Part shown: positions 55,987 to 64,000 of the stretch, one piece after another
Numbering within the stretch: the first letter of the stretch is position 1
Layout: every line of letters starts with the position of its first letter
Source: Chloroflexota bacterium
GTDB taxonomy: Bacteria; Chloroflexota; Dehalococcoidia; Lucifugimonadales; Lucifugimonadaceae
Reading direction: 5' to 3'
Length of the DNA stretch: 64,000 nucleotides
NCBI GenBank assembly: GCA_002714425.1
Contig: PAXI01000005.1
Coordinates: 100,877-164,876, forward strand
The notes under the pieces: generated by a model
Databases searched by the model: none
The model's input: only the letters and a program-made list of their open reading frames with translations
What the model was told of the DNA's origin: nothing
Position numbers and translations under genes: made by a program

Positions 55987-57228
55987 TTATCTTTTTACAG
56001 AATTATCTCTAGATAAAAACATCCGATACTTAATAATTACGACTAAACAAAGTAAAAGTCCTAAAATAGAAAAAATAACTAAAGCTAAATTTGCATTAAA
56101 TATTGAGGCTGTAAAGCCTAAAAGCATTGCACCTAAAGGTGCTGTGCCAATTGATGCCGCTAATACCCCTAATACTCTTCCTCTATGAGCTTTATCTGAG
56201 TTTGAAATAATGATTAGCTTTTGTGTTATCCCAAAACTTGCCATAGACATCCCAGCTATAAACAGGAAAATTATTGCCAATATAAATATATCATTGATAC
56301 CCAATAGAAATATCATTATTAAAAATATGATAGAACCATAAAAATAAAATCTATTAGATAAATGAATATTTAATTTTAAAGATATTATAAATGAAGAGAT
56401 AGTAGCACCTACACCCTCAAAAGATAGTAAAACGCCTACTAAAAAAGGAGTGATTAATAAACTTTCAGCTCCAATAACTGGAACCATATTTCTATAAGAA
56501 AATGCAAAAATATTCATTACTACTGTGATAATCAATGTAGGGAAAATTATATTATTTGATCTTATATATTTTAGACCTTCAAAAATATTAGAAAAATAAC
56601 TACTCAATTTATCATTTGTATGCTCATTACTACTATTAGATTCTTTTATTTTATATGCAATTAGAGATCCAGCTAACATAAGTATTACGCCTGATATATA
56701 TACGGCTTCTATACCTATAGATGACATATATATACCAGCAACAAATGGCCCAATAATTCTACATATATTACTCGTAGTAAGATCTAAGCCAACCGCTTTT
56801 GATAGAATTGACTCTTTTATCTCATCTGATATTAGACCCATTCTTGCAGGAAAATCTTCTGCCCATATTATTCCTGAAAAAAAAGTTCCAAGTAATATGT
56901 GCCATAGTTCAAGAAATTCAAACAATGCTAATAAAAATAATAATAAGTTAATTACTGAAAGACCAAAATAAGATAAAAAAATAATTTTTTTTCTTTGATA
57001 TTTTTCTGAAAAAAGTCCCAATAATGAACCAAATAAAAATAATGGTAAAATGTGTGAAAAACCTACCATAGCTACCCAGAAAGGTGATTCAGTTATTTGA
57101 AAAACAAATATTCCTAGGGCAGTTAGTTCCATCCAGCGCATTATTGCCTGAACAAAACCTATCCCCCACAATTTTCTATAAACTTTATTTTGGAATAAAT
57201 AAATTAATGAGTTAGGTGCATTTTCCAT
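55987..57228 (-). CDS. MFS transporter (MFS_3/DUF894-like, third paralogue)
   Basis: 413 aa, 12 TM helices. YRKLW N-terminus and HRGRVLG...APLG motif shared with the genes at 49865 and 51091. Confidence 0.7.
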   Translation of the reverse strand: MENAPNSLIYLFQNKVYRKLWGIGFVQAIMRWMELTALGIFVFQITESPFWVAMVGFSHILPLFLFGSLLGLFSEKYQRKKIIFLSYFGLSVINLLLFLLALFEFLELWHILLGTFFSGIIWAEDFPARMGLISDEIKESILSKAVGLDLTTSNICRIIGPFVAGIYMSSIGIEAVYISGVILMLAGSLIAYKIKESNSSNEHTNDKLSSYFSNIFEGLKYIRSNNIIFPTLIITVVMNIFAFSYRNMVPVIGAESLLITPFLVGVLLSFEGVGATISSFIISLKLNIHLSNRFYFYGSIIFLIMIFLLGINDIFILAIIFLFIAGMSMASFGITQKLIIISNSDKAHRGRVLGVLAASIGTAPLGAMLLGFTASIFNANLALVIFSILGLLLCLVVIIKYRMFLSRDNSVKR

Positions 57229-57258
57229 TATTTAGTGTTTTACTTAGGTCGAAACTAA

Positions 57259-58152
57259 CTAAGAATTCATCTTTCTACCTGTTTTTTTTCTACCATATTC
57301 TGCATACTCTTTTGTAGGCGACCCGGTCATTTTACATCTTAATACATCTAATATGTAGTCTAATCTCTCTTCATCGTTTAAACTTTCATCAAGCCAGCTA
57401 GAATAAAAATTAATACCATTTTTTTCCAAAGCATTCTGTATTTTATTTCTTGCATCATTCATTATTTCTGGATAAGGTGGATCATGAGCATCTGGCTGGC
57501 CAAAAGACATACCCATATCTCCAGGGCCCCACTCAGCAAATGCAATGCCTGGAACCTGTGCAATATCATCAACATTATTCAAGCAATGTCTATCTTCTAT
57601 TTTTAGCCCTAATATTAACTCTCCATCAGGATTTAAAGGCCAAGGATCACACTTATGAGCATACTCAGCGGTTGAAAGCCCCCATATATCATTTGCCGGT
57701 TTTTGCCCCCCTGCCCCTCTTAGTCCTTCTCCAATGATATTTCTTGATAATGTTTGAAAAGGATATCTTGTTACCTGAACAAATGCTTTTACTGCTTCTG
57801 CCGTTCTTGCATGAGTATTTAGTATTCCGTGTACCCCTGCAGAAAGAACATGTCTAGCCTGCCAAGCATTATATCTAACCTCCTCGGCAGATATTGCATT
57901 TGAGGGTAAAGTTGTTACTACTGTAGGAGTAATATGTCCACTGGGTGTGGGGCCACCATCTTTCAATCCTTTCATATAATTTGTTAACCCGACAATATCA
58001 AAGGGGTGATGCTCAAAATCTATTAATAGTAAATCAGCCCAAGTCTGAGAGTCTTTCAGTCCAGCATCATATGATAAATCCGTAGGATGAGTTAGATAAA
58101 TCGGCTGTTTATCTTCCCATAGTTCAATTACTTTGTTAATTCTTCTTGCCAT
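57259..58152 (-). CDS. HpcH/HpaI aldolase / citrate-lyase-beta-family protein (divergent, about 297 aa)
   Basis: LIDFEHHPF, GLKIEDRH and WGPGDMG keep the family's Glu/Asp metal-ligand pattern. ATG at 58152 has an AAGGAA RBS (the ORF track starts at 58191). Confidence 0.6.
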   Translation of the reverse strand: MARRINKVIELWEDKQPIYLTHPTDLSYDAGLKDSQTWADLLLIDFEHHPFDIVGLTNYMKGLKDGGPTPSGHITPTVVTTLPSNAISAEEVRYNAWQARHVLSAGVHGILNTHARTAEAVKAFVQVTRYPFQTLSRNIIGEGLRGAGGQKPANDIWGLSTAEYAHKCDPWPLNPDGELILGLKIEDRHCLNNVDDIAQVPGIAFAEWGPGDMGMSFGQPDAHDPPYPEIMNDARNKIQNALEKNGINFYSSWLDESLNDEERLDYILDVLRCKMTGSPTKEYAEYGRKKTGRKMNS

Positions 58153-58175
58153 AATATGATTTCCTTTCAAAATAT

Positions 58176-59252
58176 TTAGCTTAATCTCCATTTTATAGAT
58201 AATTCATTTGTAATATCCTTAAACCAATCTATTACTTCTGGGTGATATGGTATACCATTTTTACGTCTTTCAATTTCTTCTTCGTATTCTGGTAGTCCAG
58301 CATAAAATACTCTAGACGCACCCTCAATAGGTGGAGTTGATTTAATTTCATTCATATATTGATCCATATCAGACTTAAATTTATCAATATCTGTAAATGC
58401 TTCAATGTTATATGCGATAAAGTGATGAGAAACGGAGCCTTCCCTATTAGGACCCGCTCCTGTAGAACCTAGTAATCCACACATAATTTCAACCCATATA
58501 CCTAAACTAGCACCCTTATGAGAACCATTTTCTCTAGAACCACCTGTAGGAAGCATAAAATATCCTTCAGGCACTTCTTTTTCTTCGAGAATTGGGTTTC
58601 CTGATGAATCAGTTACCCATCCTGGTGCAACAGGGACATTTAGTCTTTGGGCTAATGCTATTTTATTTCCAGCAACTGAACTCATAGAAGCATCAAAAAT
58701 AAATGGAGCTTCAGTGTTTGTTGGGACGGCAATAGCTATTGGATTCAATCCAAACATAGGCTTAGAACCATCAACAGGAACTACCTGCATTCCTCCTGTT
58801 GTCATAGATAAGCCGATCATATCATGGTCTAATGCCATTCCAGCATGAAATGCTGCAGCTCCAAAGTGCTTACCATTTCGAGCTGTAATCGTACCTATAC
58901 CATATTTTTTTGCTCTCTCTATAGCCATATCCATAGCCATAGGGCCAACAACCAATCCATGACCATCATCGCAATCAAGTAATGCAGCTGCAGGCATATC
59001 TCTTATAATTTTCGGTTTAGGTGTAGGGTTAATATCTCCTTTATTAAAAGCCTCAACGTATCTTCTCAACATATTAGAAACACCATGCGATTCAATTCCT
59101 CTAACATCAGCATAAACTAAAACTTCTGATGCCTTATTCGCATCATCATGAGACATACCCATTTTCATAAAAATGTCCAAAACCGTTGCGTGCATATCTT
59201 CAGGTTTGATTTTTACAGCAATATCATTTGGAACATGAAATCTTTCTAACAA
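58176..59252 (-). CDS. Ldh_2-family (malate/L-lactate/sulfolactate dehydrogenase type 2) oxidoreductase
   Basis: 358 aa. VRGIESHGV.., GKHFGAAAFH and PTGGSRENGSHKG motifs typical of PF02615. Confidence 0.8.
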   Translation of the reverse strand: MLERFHVPNDIAVKIKPEDMHATVLDIFMKMGMSHDDANKASEVLVYADVRGIESHGVSNMLRRYVEAFNKGDINPTPKPKIIRDMPAAALLDCDDGHGLVVGPMAMDMAIERAKKYGIGTITARNGKHFGAAAFHAGMALDHDMIGLSMTTGGMQVVPVDGSKPMFGLNPIAIAVPTNTEAPFIFDASMSSVAGNKIALAQRLNVPVAPGWVTDSSGNPILEEKEVPEGYFMLPTGGSRENGSHKGASLGIWVEIMCGLLGSTGAGPNREGSVSHHFIAYNIEAFTDIDKFKSDMDQYMNEIKSTPPIEGASRVFYAGLPEYEEEIERRKNGIPYHPEVIDWFKDITNELSIKWRLS

Positions 59253-59272
59253 ATTTATCTCCTTTTTTTCTA

Positions 59273-60043
59273 CTAAACCTTGAATTTTTCTTTATATTCT
59301 TTAATTTTCTCACTAACCATTTTAGTTCCAACTAATAATGGATCACTAATATTCATCATTTGGTAACCTTCAGGAATCCATCTTTCACAGTCATCTAAAT
59401 TAGTAAAAGTCGTTGCTAAAAATTTATCACTATTCTTTATTTTAGAAGCAACATCGATCATTATATTTTCTACCTTAGAATTATGTATATCACCTGGTAT
59501 TCCTAAAGAAGCAGAAAGGTCAGTTGGGCCTAATAATAAAACTTCGTATCCTGGAATTTTCAAAATCTCATCAATATTTTCATATGCTTCTAAACTTTCC
59601 ATCTGAAGTATCAATAAAGTTTCATTATTAGCATTTTTTAATACTTCCTCAAGAGAAATTTCTAAATAGCTTGCAAAAAATGGTGATATACCTCGTTCTC
59701 CAATGGGCGGATATTTCGCATATTTTACAGCTAATGTTGCTTCTTCAGGAGTATCAACCTGAGGAACCATTACTCCAACAGCACCAATGTCATATGCTTT
59801 TTTAATATCTCCAGGATTATTATAAGGAACTCTTATTACAGGAGCACAAGCATTCTGCCTACCTTGTACACATATTGTTCCTATAGATTCTGTACCATAA
59901 GGAGCATGTTCTTGATCAATCCAAACCCAATCACACCCTGTTTGATAAATTCTTTGAGCAACAAATGGCTCCCTAGTAAACATTCCTGTCCCGATTACAG
60001 GATTGCCTGAAGATAATTTTTTTCTTACTTCGCTTGGATACAT
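59273..60043 (-). CDS. HpcH/HpaI-family 2-keto-3-deoxy-acid aldolase
   Basis: 256 aa. WIDQEHAP, LQMESLEA.ENIDEI and LGPTDLS motifs, as in HpaI/YfaU/GarL. Confidence 0.8.
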   Translation of the reverse strand: MYPSEVRKKLSSGNPVIGTGMFTREPFVAQRIYQTGCDWVWIDQEHAPYGTESIGTICVQGRQNACAPVIRVPYNNPGDIKKAYDIGAVGVMVPQVDTPEEATLAVKYAKYPPIGERGISPFFASYLEISLEEVLKNANNETLLILQMESLEAYENIDEILKIPGYEVLLLGPTDLSASLGIPGDIHNSKVENIMIDVASKIKNSDKFLATTFTNLDDCERWIPEGYQMMNISDPLLVGTKMVSEKIKEYKEKFKV

Positions 60044-60161
60044 CTCAAACCGCCTAAATTAGATAATTATTTGAAAAATGTTACATCCACATAAAGATTA
60101 ATGAAATAAAAAAAGTTATTTATATTATTATTTTTACACTATTTAGGAAAATAATAAAAAA

Positions 60162-61298
60162 CTATGCCTTCATTCCAAAAAAGAATCTGAAAAACCTTAT
60201 TCTTTTTATAACCTCAAAAATCAAGTAGCAAATCAAGAGTGTAATAAATATCGATAAAATTACCTGAATAGTCGCCGGTAAAGATATTTTCACTACTTTT
60301 GATACAACAAACTGCTGTACAGGAAGATGTATGATATAAACAGGATAAACAGAAATTGTAAAGTATGTAAGAAATCTTGATTTTTTATTTATAAATCTTG
60401 AAGTAAATCCTACAGAAGCTAGAATCCAATTTGATGCTTCAAATGCAGTTAATATATTAAGTATAAACCTTGGTAAAAGCATTTCTCCGTCACTAAATGT
60501 AGGAAATATTATAATCATCCTAACAATAAAAAGTATAATTGCTATACCTAAACAAAATGTGCTTATTTTTCTAACTGATTCCCAAAACAATTCCCCTATG
60601 CTTATAAATAGCATACCCATATAAAAACAAATTAAACCTAGAAAAAAACCATGAAGATTATCAAAAATAAAAAACCAAACATGATTTGCAAATGATTCGG
60701 TATTGATTATCCCACCAATTAACATTAAGGGTAAGGAAAAAATTAGTAATAAACCAAACCTTTTTTTCAAGATTTTTTCAGTTATCTTTTTAAATGGTAA
60801 ATTATTATTTTTTAGTAATTTAAAAATTTGAAATATAGCAAATAAAAAAATGTATACTTGTATTGCCCACAAAAACCATAAATGACCTGGATTTAAGAGT
60901 TCACCCGATATTATCCTAGTTAGATTTTCCGATAAAGTGAAAGTATTTTTTCTATAAAAACTTTCAAAAATAATCGACGAAATAGGCACAATAAACCAAG
61001 ACCCGAAAAGTAATGGCATAGATATTCTCAAAACTCGATCATTAAAAAATTTACTCAGAGACCTCCTTTTTAATGAAAATGCAGCACCCATGCCAGCAAC
61101 TAAAAAAATTATGGGAATTCTCCAAATATTTAAAGCTTGAGATGCTAATAAAAAGTAATAAGAAGGATCATTTTCAGGTACATCTAATGATATAAAACCA
61201 ATTCCAGTAATCTCAGGAGATAATACAATAATGATATGGTAAATTATCAAAAGTATTACAGCTATTGATCTAATTGCGTCTACTTCATATTTTCTCAT
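60162..61298 (-). CDS. acyltransferase_3-family membrane protein
   Basis: 378 aa, about 10 TM helices. N-terminal DAIRSIAVILLIIYH motif typical of PF01757. Confidence 0.7.
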   Translation of the reverse strand: MRKYEVDAIRSIAVILLIIYHIIIVLSPEITGIGFISLDVPENDPSYYFLLASQALNIWRIPIIFLVAGMGAAFSLKRRSLSKFFNDRVLRISMPLLFGSWFIVPISSIIFESFYRKNTFTLSENLTRIISGELLNPGHLWFLWAIQVYIFLFAIFQIFKLLKNNNLPFKKITEKILKKRFGLLLIFSLPLMLIGGIINTESFANHVWFFIFDNLHGFFLGLICFYMGMLFISIGELFWESVRKISTFCLGIAIILFIVRMIIIFPTFSDGEMLLPRFILNILTAFEASNWILASVGFTSRFINKKSRFLTYFTISVYPVYIIHLPVQQFVVSKVVKISLPATIQVILSIFITLLICYLIFEVIKRIRFFRFFFGMKA

Positions 61299-61344
61299 AA
61301 AATAGCCCTTTATTATTTTCTACTTATTCATATATATTATTAGT

Positions 61345-61866
61345 ATGAATTTAGAAGAACTAATAATAGCATTTTTTCGTATTTTAGCATCAACAATAGT
61401 ATTTAAATTTAATTTTATTGGTGGACTATTTGTAATTTTTATAGATTTTTCAGACCTCATTATTATGAACATGATAAATCTTGGAGGAGTAAGAAATTAT
61501 CAATCTTTAGATAAAATTCTTGATCTTTTCTATATGAGTTATTTCCTAATTATTTCTTTGAAATGGGAAAAAACAATCAAAAAGATCAGTTTTTCCCTAT
61601 TTTTCATGAGAATGATTGGATTAGTTTTTTTTGAATTAACAGGAACGAGAATGATTCTTCTAATTTTTCCAAATGTCTTTGAATTTTGGTTTATAGGAAT
61701 CACATTTTTTAAGTTTAGAAAAATCCAGATTTCAAATAGAAATATTTTTTGGATTTTGATAATATCTATAATCTTAAAAATAGTCCATGAATTTATACTT
61801 CATTATTGGAAAATTCTTGATAAATATACATTATTGGAATTTATTGAAAAAATAACTAATTTTTAA
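61345..61866 (+). CDS. hypothetical membrane protein (4-5 TM)
   Basis: 173-aa hydrophobic ORF. No family recognised. Confidence 0.5.
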   Translation: MNLEELIIAFFRILASTIVFKFNFIGGLFVIFIDFSDLIIMNMINLGGVRNYQSLDKILDLFYMSYFLIISLKWEKTIKKISFSLFFMRMIGLVFFELTGTRMILLIFPNVFEFWFIGITFFKFRKIQISNRNIFWILIISIILKIVHEFILHYWKILDKYTLLEFIEKITNF

Positions 61867-63223
61867 TTTGATTATAACTTTTCAAAGCTTCTTCTCTTGA
61901 GCTGTATAAATCTATTATAGGTTCATAATAATCGATATTTTTTTGTTCCCAAGGTGTATGTATATATTTCGTTTCAGTTTGAGATAGTTCAGGAATATAT
62001 TTTCTTATGTATTCACCATTTAGATCAAATTTTTTCGACTGAAGAACAGGATTGAAAATTCTAAAATATGGGGCTGCATCAGCACCAGATCCAGCAACCC
62101 ATTGCCAACTAGCACTATTACTCGCTAAATCAGCATCCACTAAACATTCCCAAAACCAATCTCGACCATGATGCCAATGTATTTGTAAGTTTTTCACTAA
62201 AAATGATGCAACAATCATCCTAACTCTATTATGTATATATCCTGTTTCCCATAGCTGTCTCATTCCTGCGTCTATTATTGGGAAGCCTGTTTTACCTTTT
62301 TTCCAGAGACTGAATAGTTTTTCATCATATCTCCAGGGAAAATTATCAAATTTTTTTTGAAAATTCTCTTCATCTAATTTCTTAAAATGATGCAGTAAAT
62401 AGTATGAAAATTCTCTCCATCCAATCTCGCTTAAAAAATGATCACTATCTTTATCAAGGGGATGCTTTTTTATCTCATGCCATATCTGATTTACTGATAT
62501 TTCTCCAAAATGTATGTGAGGAGAAAGCATAGAATTATTTTTACCAGAGGGAAAATCCCTCAACTTTTTATAGCCTATTAGTCCCTGACTAATAAAATTT
62601 AATAATTTATTTTTTGCATGAAATTCGCCTATATCCCAATACTTTAATATTTTCTTATTCCATTTTTTGTTGTCAGATAAACCTAGTAAATCGATAGGTT
62701 TTTTTTCATTATAAGAAAAAAAATTTATATTTCTACTAACATGAATAGGTTTTCTAGGTTCATCAGATAATGACAAGCAACCTTTTCTATAAAATGGAGT
62801 AAATACTTTATATGGAAGTCCATCGCTTTTTAAAACATCCGTAGGTTCCCATAACAATGAAGCATTAAATTTATTAACTTCAACATTTATTTTTCTTAAT
62901 GATTTCTCAATTTTTGACTCTAGCGAGGACAATTCTGGTTCAAAAGATTTATTCCAAACTACATTTTCAATGTTGTGTTTTTTACATAAAGATAAAATAA
63001 TATGAAGTGAATTACCAGAAAAAAAATTTAAGTTATTATCTAAGCTTTTATCTAACGATAATAATGAATTATGTAACCATAATTTACTTGCGGAGCCAAT
63101 TTTTGAGTTTTCGTCATGAATGTATATGGGAAGAACTAAACCCTTCTTGGATGAAAAATTAAGTCCAGGGTTATCATTAATTCTAAGGTCATTTTTGAAC
63201 CAAAATAATACAGTTTTGCTCAT
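61856..63223 (-). CDS. phrB: deoxyribodipyrimidine photo-lyase (class I CPD type)
   Basis: 455 aa. FWFKNDLRINDN N-terminus and FAD-domain motifs (GWREF, TG.P..DA.MRQL, NRVRM, W.WVAG.G.DAAPYFRIFNP). Confidence 0.9.
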   Translation of the reverse strand: MSKTVLFWFKNDLRINDNPGLNFSSKKGLVLPIYIHDENSKIGSASKLWLHNSLLSLDKSLDNNLNFFSGNSLHIILSLCKKHNIENVVWNKSFEPELSSLESKIEKSLRKINVEVNKFNASLLWEPTDVLKSDGLPYKVFTPFYRKGCLSLSDEPRKPIHVSRNINFFSYNEKKPIDLLGLSDNKKWNKKILKYWDIGEFHAKNKLLNFISQGLIGYKKLRDFPSGKNNSMLSPHIHFGEISVNQIWHEIKKHPLDKDSDHFLSEIGWREFSYYLLHHFKKLDEENFQKKFDNFPWRYDEKLFSLWKKGKTGFPIIDAGMRQLWETGYIHNRVRMIVASFLVKNLQIHWHHGRDWFWECLVDADLASNSASWQWVAGSGADAAPYFRIFNPVLQSKKFDLNGEYIRKYIPELSQTETKYIHTPWEQKNIDYYEPIIDLYSSREEALKSYNQIKN

Positions 63224-63283
63224 TTAAGTACTTTCTAGTTTATGAGGGATATATTTTAATTTTATCTTAAATAGAGGAGTAAA

Positions 63284-63556
63284 ATGAAAAAAAACATCCC
63301 AAATCCATGGATTGCGTTATTCTTAAACTCTTTTGTACCAGGTTTAGGATACTTCTACTGTGGAACAAAATGGAAATGGTTTAACATAACTTTAATATTT
63401 ATAGAAATTTTACGTTATCTTGAACTGATATTTTTTGGTACTTCATTCGACAACAAATCAATGTATCAATTATTCATTGGAATAATTCTAGGAACTATTT
63501 TTGGAATAGATGCCTTCAGAGATGCATACTTATTAAGGAAAAAAAATGTTACTTAA
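63284..63556 (+). CDS. small membrane protein (2-3 TM), unknown function
   Basis: 90 aa with a PGLGYFYCG motif, as in small TM2-like membrane proteins. Its stop overlaps the next gene's start by 11 nt. Confidence 0.45.
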   Translation: MKKNIPNPWIALFLNSFVPGLGYFYCGTKWKWFNITLIFIEILRYLELIFFGTSFDNKSMYQLFIGIILGTIFGIDAFRDAYLLRKKNVT

Positions 63557-64000
63557 GGTGGAATTACTCAGAGAAAGAATTAGGGGCGTAATTACGAATA
63601 AAAGTGAACAAGGTTATAATACCAAAGGCTTGATAGAAAAACTTGAATTAATCGAGGATAGTTTTGATGAATTAATAAAATTTGGAATAGGCTTGTCTGA
63701 CATTAGAATTAATGAAGATTGGCCATACATAGAACCAAATAACTTGGATGATATTCGTGAAGAATCAAAAAATAATAGACCCACAAAAATAATAAAAAAA
63801 ATTGATCTTAAATTATCTAACGAAAAAATAAAAGCTGCATTTTTAGGTTCAATTTGTGGATGTATACTTGGTAAACCTTTAGAAACTTCATTAACTGGAA
63901 AAGAAATAAAAGAAGCTCTTGTAAAAATTAATGAATGGCCATTAAGTTATTATGTTCCAAAAAAAATTAAAGATGCCCTGCCAAGAGTCCATGATTCTTT
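63546..64000 (+). CDS. ADP-ribosylglycohydrolase-family-like protein, N-terminal part (3' end outside the window)
   Basis: Not in the ORF track because it has no stop. My own translation from ATG 63546 is open to the window end. KIKAAFLGSICGCILGKPLE resembles the N-terminal motif of large ARH-family proteins. Confidence 0.45.
   Translation, partial: MLLKVELLRERIRGVITNKSEQGYNTKGLIEKLELIEDSFDELIKFGIGLSDIRINEDWPYIEPNNLDDIREESKNNRPTKIIKKIDLKLSNEKIKAAFLGSICGCILGKPLETSLTGKEIKEALVKINEWPLSYYVPKKIKDALPRVHDS

Noticed and set aside
1-64000. Defence systems, prophage, transposons, retrons, DGRs or toxin-antitoxin pairs
   Set aside because: No integrase, transposase, reverse transcriptase, nuclease-helicase pair or small overlapping TA-like gene pair could be recognised in any frame. 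Nearly every ORF over 200 aa has a housekeeping or transporter assignment.

Overview
AT-rich (about 30% GC by eye, not computed) and very gene-dense chromosomal segment: about 68 protein genes plus one tmRNA, with a single intergenic gap over 150 bp. It looks like a streamlined, probably planktonic bacterium. TAA, TAG and TGA all act as stops, so the code is standard.

Content is mostly housekeeping:
- alaS (3' part)-ruvX-aroE-aroC-aroK-aroB
- hisZ-hisG-hisD-hisC-hisB
- a minus-strand purine operon, guaA-VOC-purD-purB-purC-DUF3105-purS
- tsaC, then pgk-tpiA-miaA-dapF-dapL-hflX-ctpA-smpB-ssrA
- a BtuF/FecCD-type ABC importer
- a fully consolidated futalosine-type menaquinone operon (ubiA-ubiX-ubiD-mqnE-mqnA-mqnC-mqnD) that runs straight on into rhomboid-zur-znuA
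- mutL, pyrD and a photolyase

The accessory-looking parts are:
- a sugar-oxidation module at 6.3-11.3 kb (EamA, enolase-superfamily dehydratase, mutarotase-like protein, aldo-keto reductase, amidohydrolase_2)
- a six-gene module at 54.2-60.0 kb (HpcH aldolase, Ldh_2 oxidoreductase, second HpcH-like protein, MFS, Cof phosphatase, pfkB kinase)
- three paralogous MFS_3-type transporters

Several traits point to a monoderm Terrabacteria-like lineage (Actinomycetota- or Chloroflexota-like), which I cannot resolve further: the alaS-ruvX-aro and miaA-dapF-hflX synteny, a CysO-like sulfur carrier, DUF3105, lipobox-tethered binding proteins, DapL and the futalosine route.

I see no mobile element, integrase, CRISPR array, toxin-antitoxin pair or recognisable defence gene, and I cannot point to a clear-cut novel multi-gene system.

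The best leads are single-gene and architectural anomalies:
- a DapF homologue with both catalytic cysteines replaced by serine
- a polyprenyl-synthase homologue with all three substrate-binding motifs degenerate
- the HpcH-Ldh_2-HpcH catabolic module
- a perfect 4 x 36 bp in-frame repeat in the His-rich loop of ZnuA
- three genes whose conserved N-termini or reading frames are not explained by canonical starts (purC frameshift, MFS, pyrD)
- convergent gene pairs that abut or overlap, leaving no room for terminators
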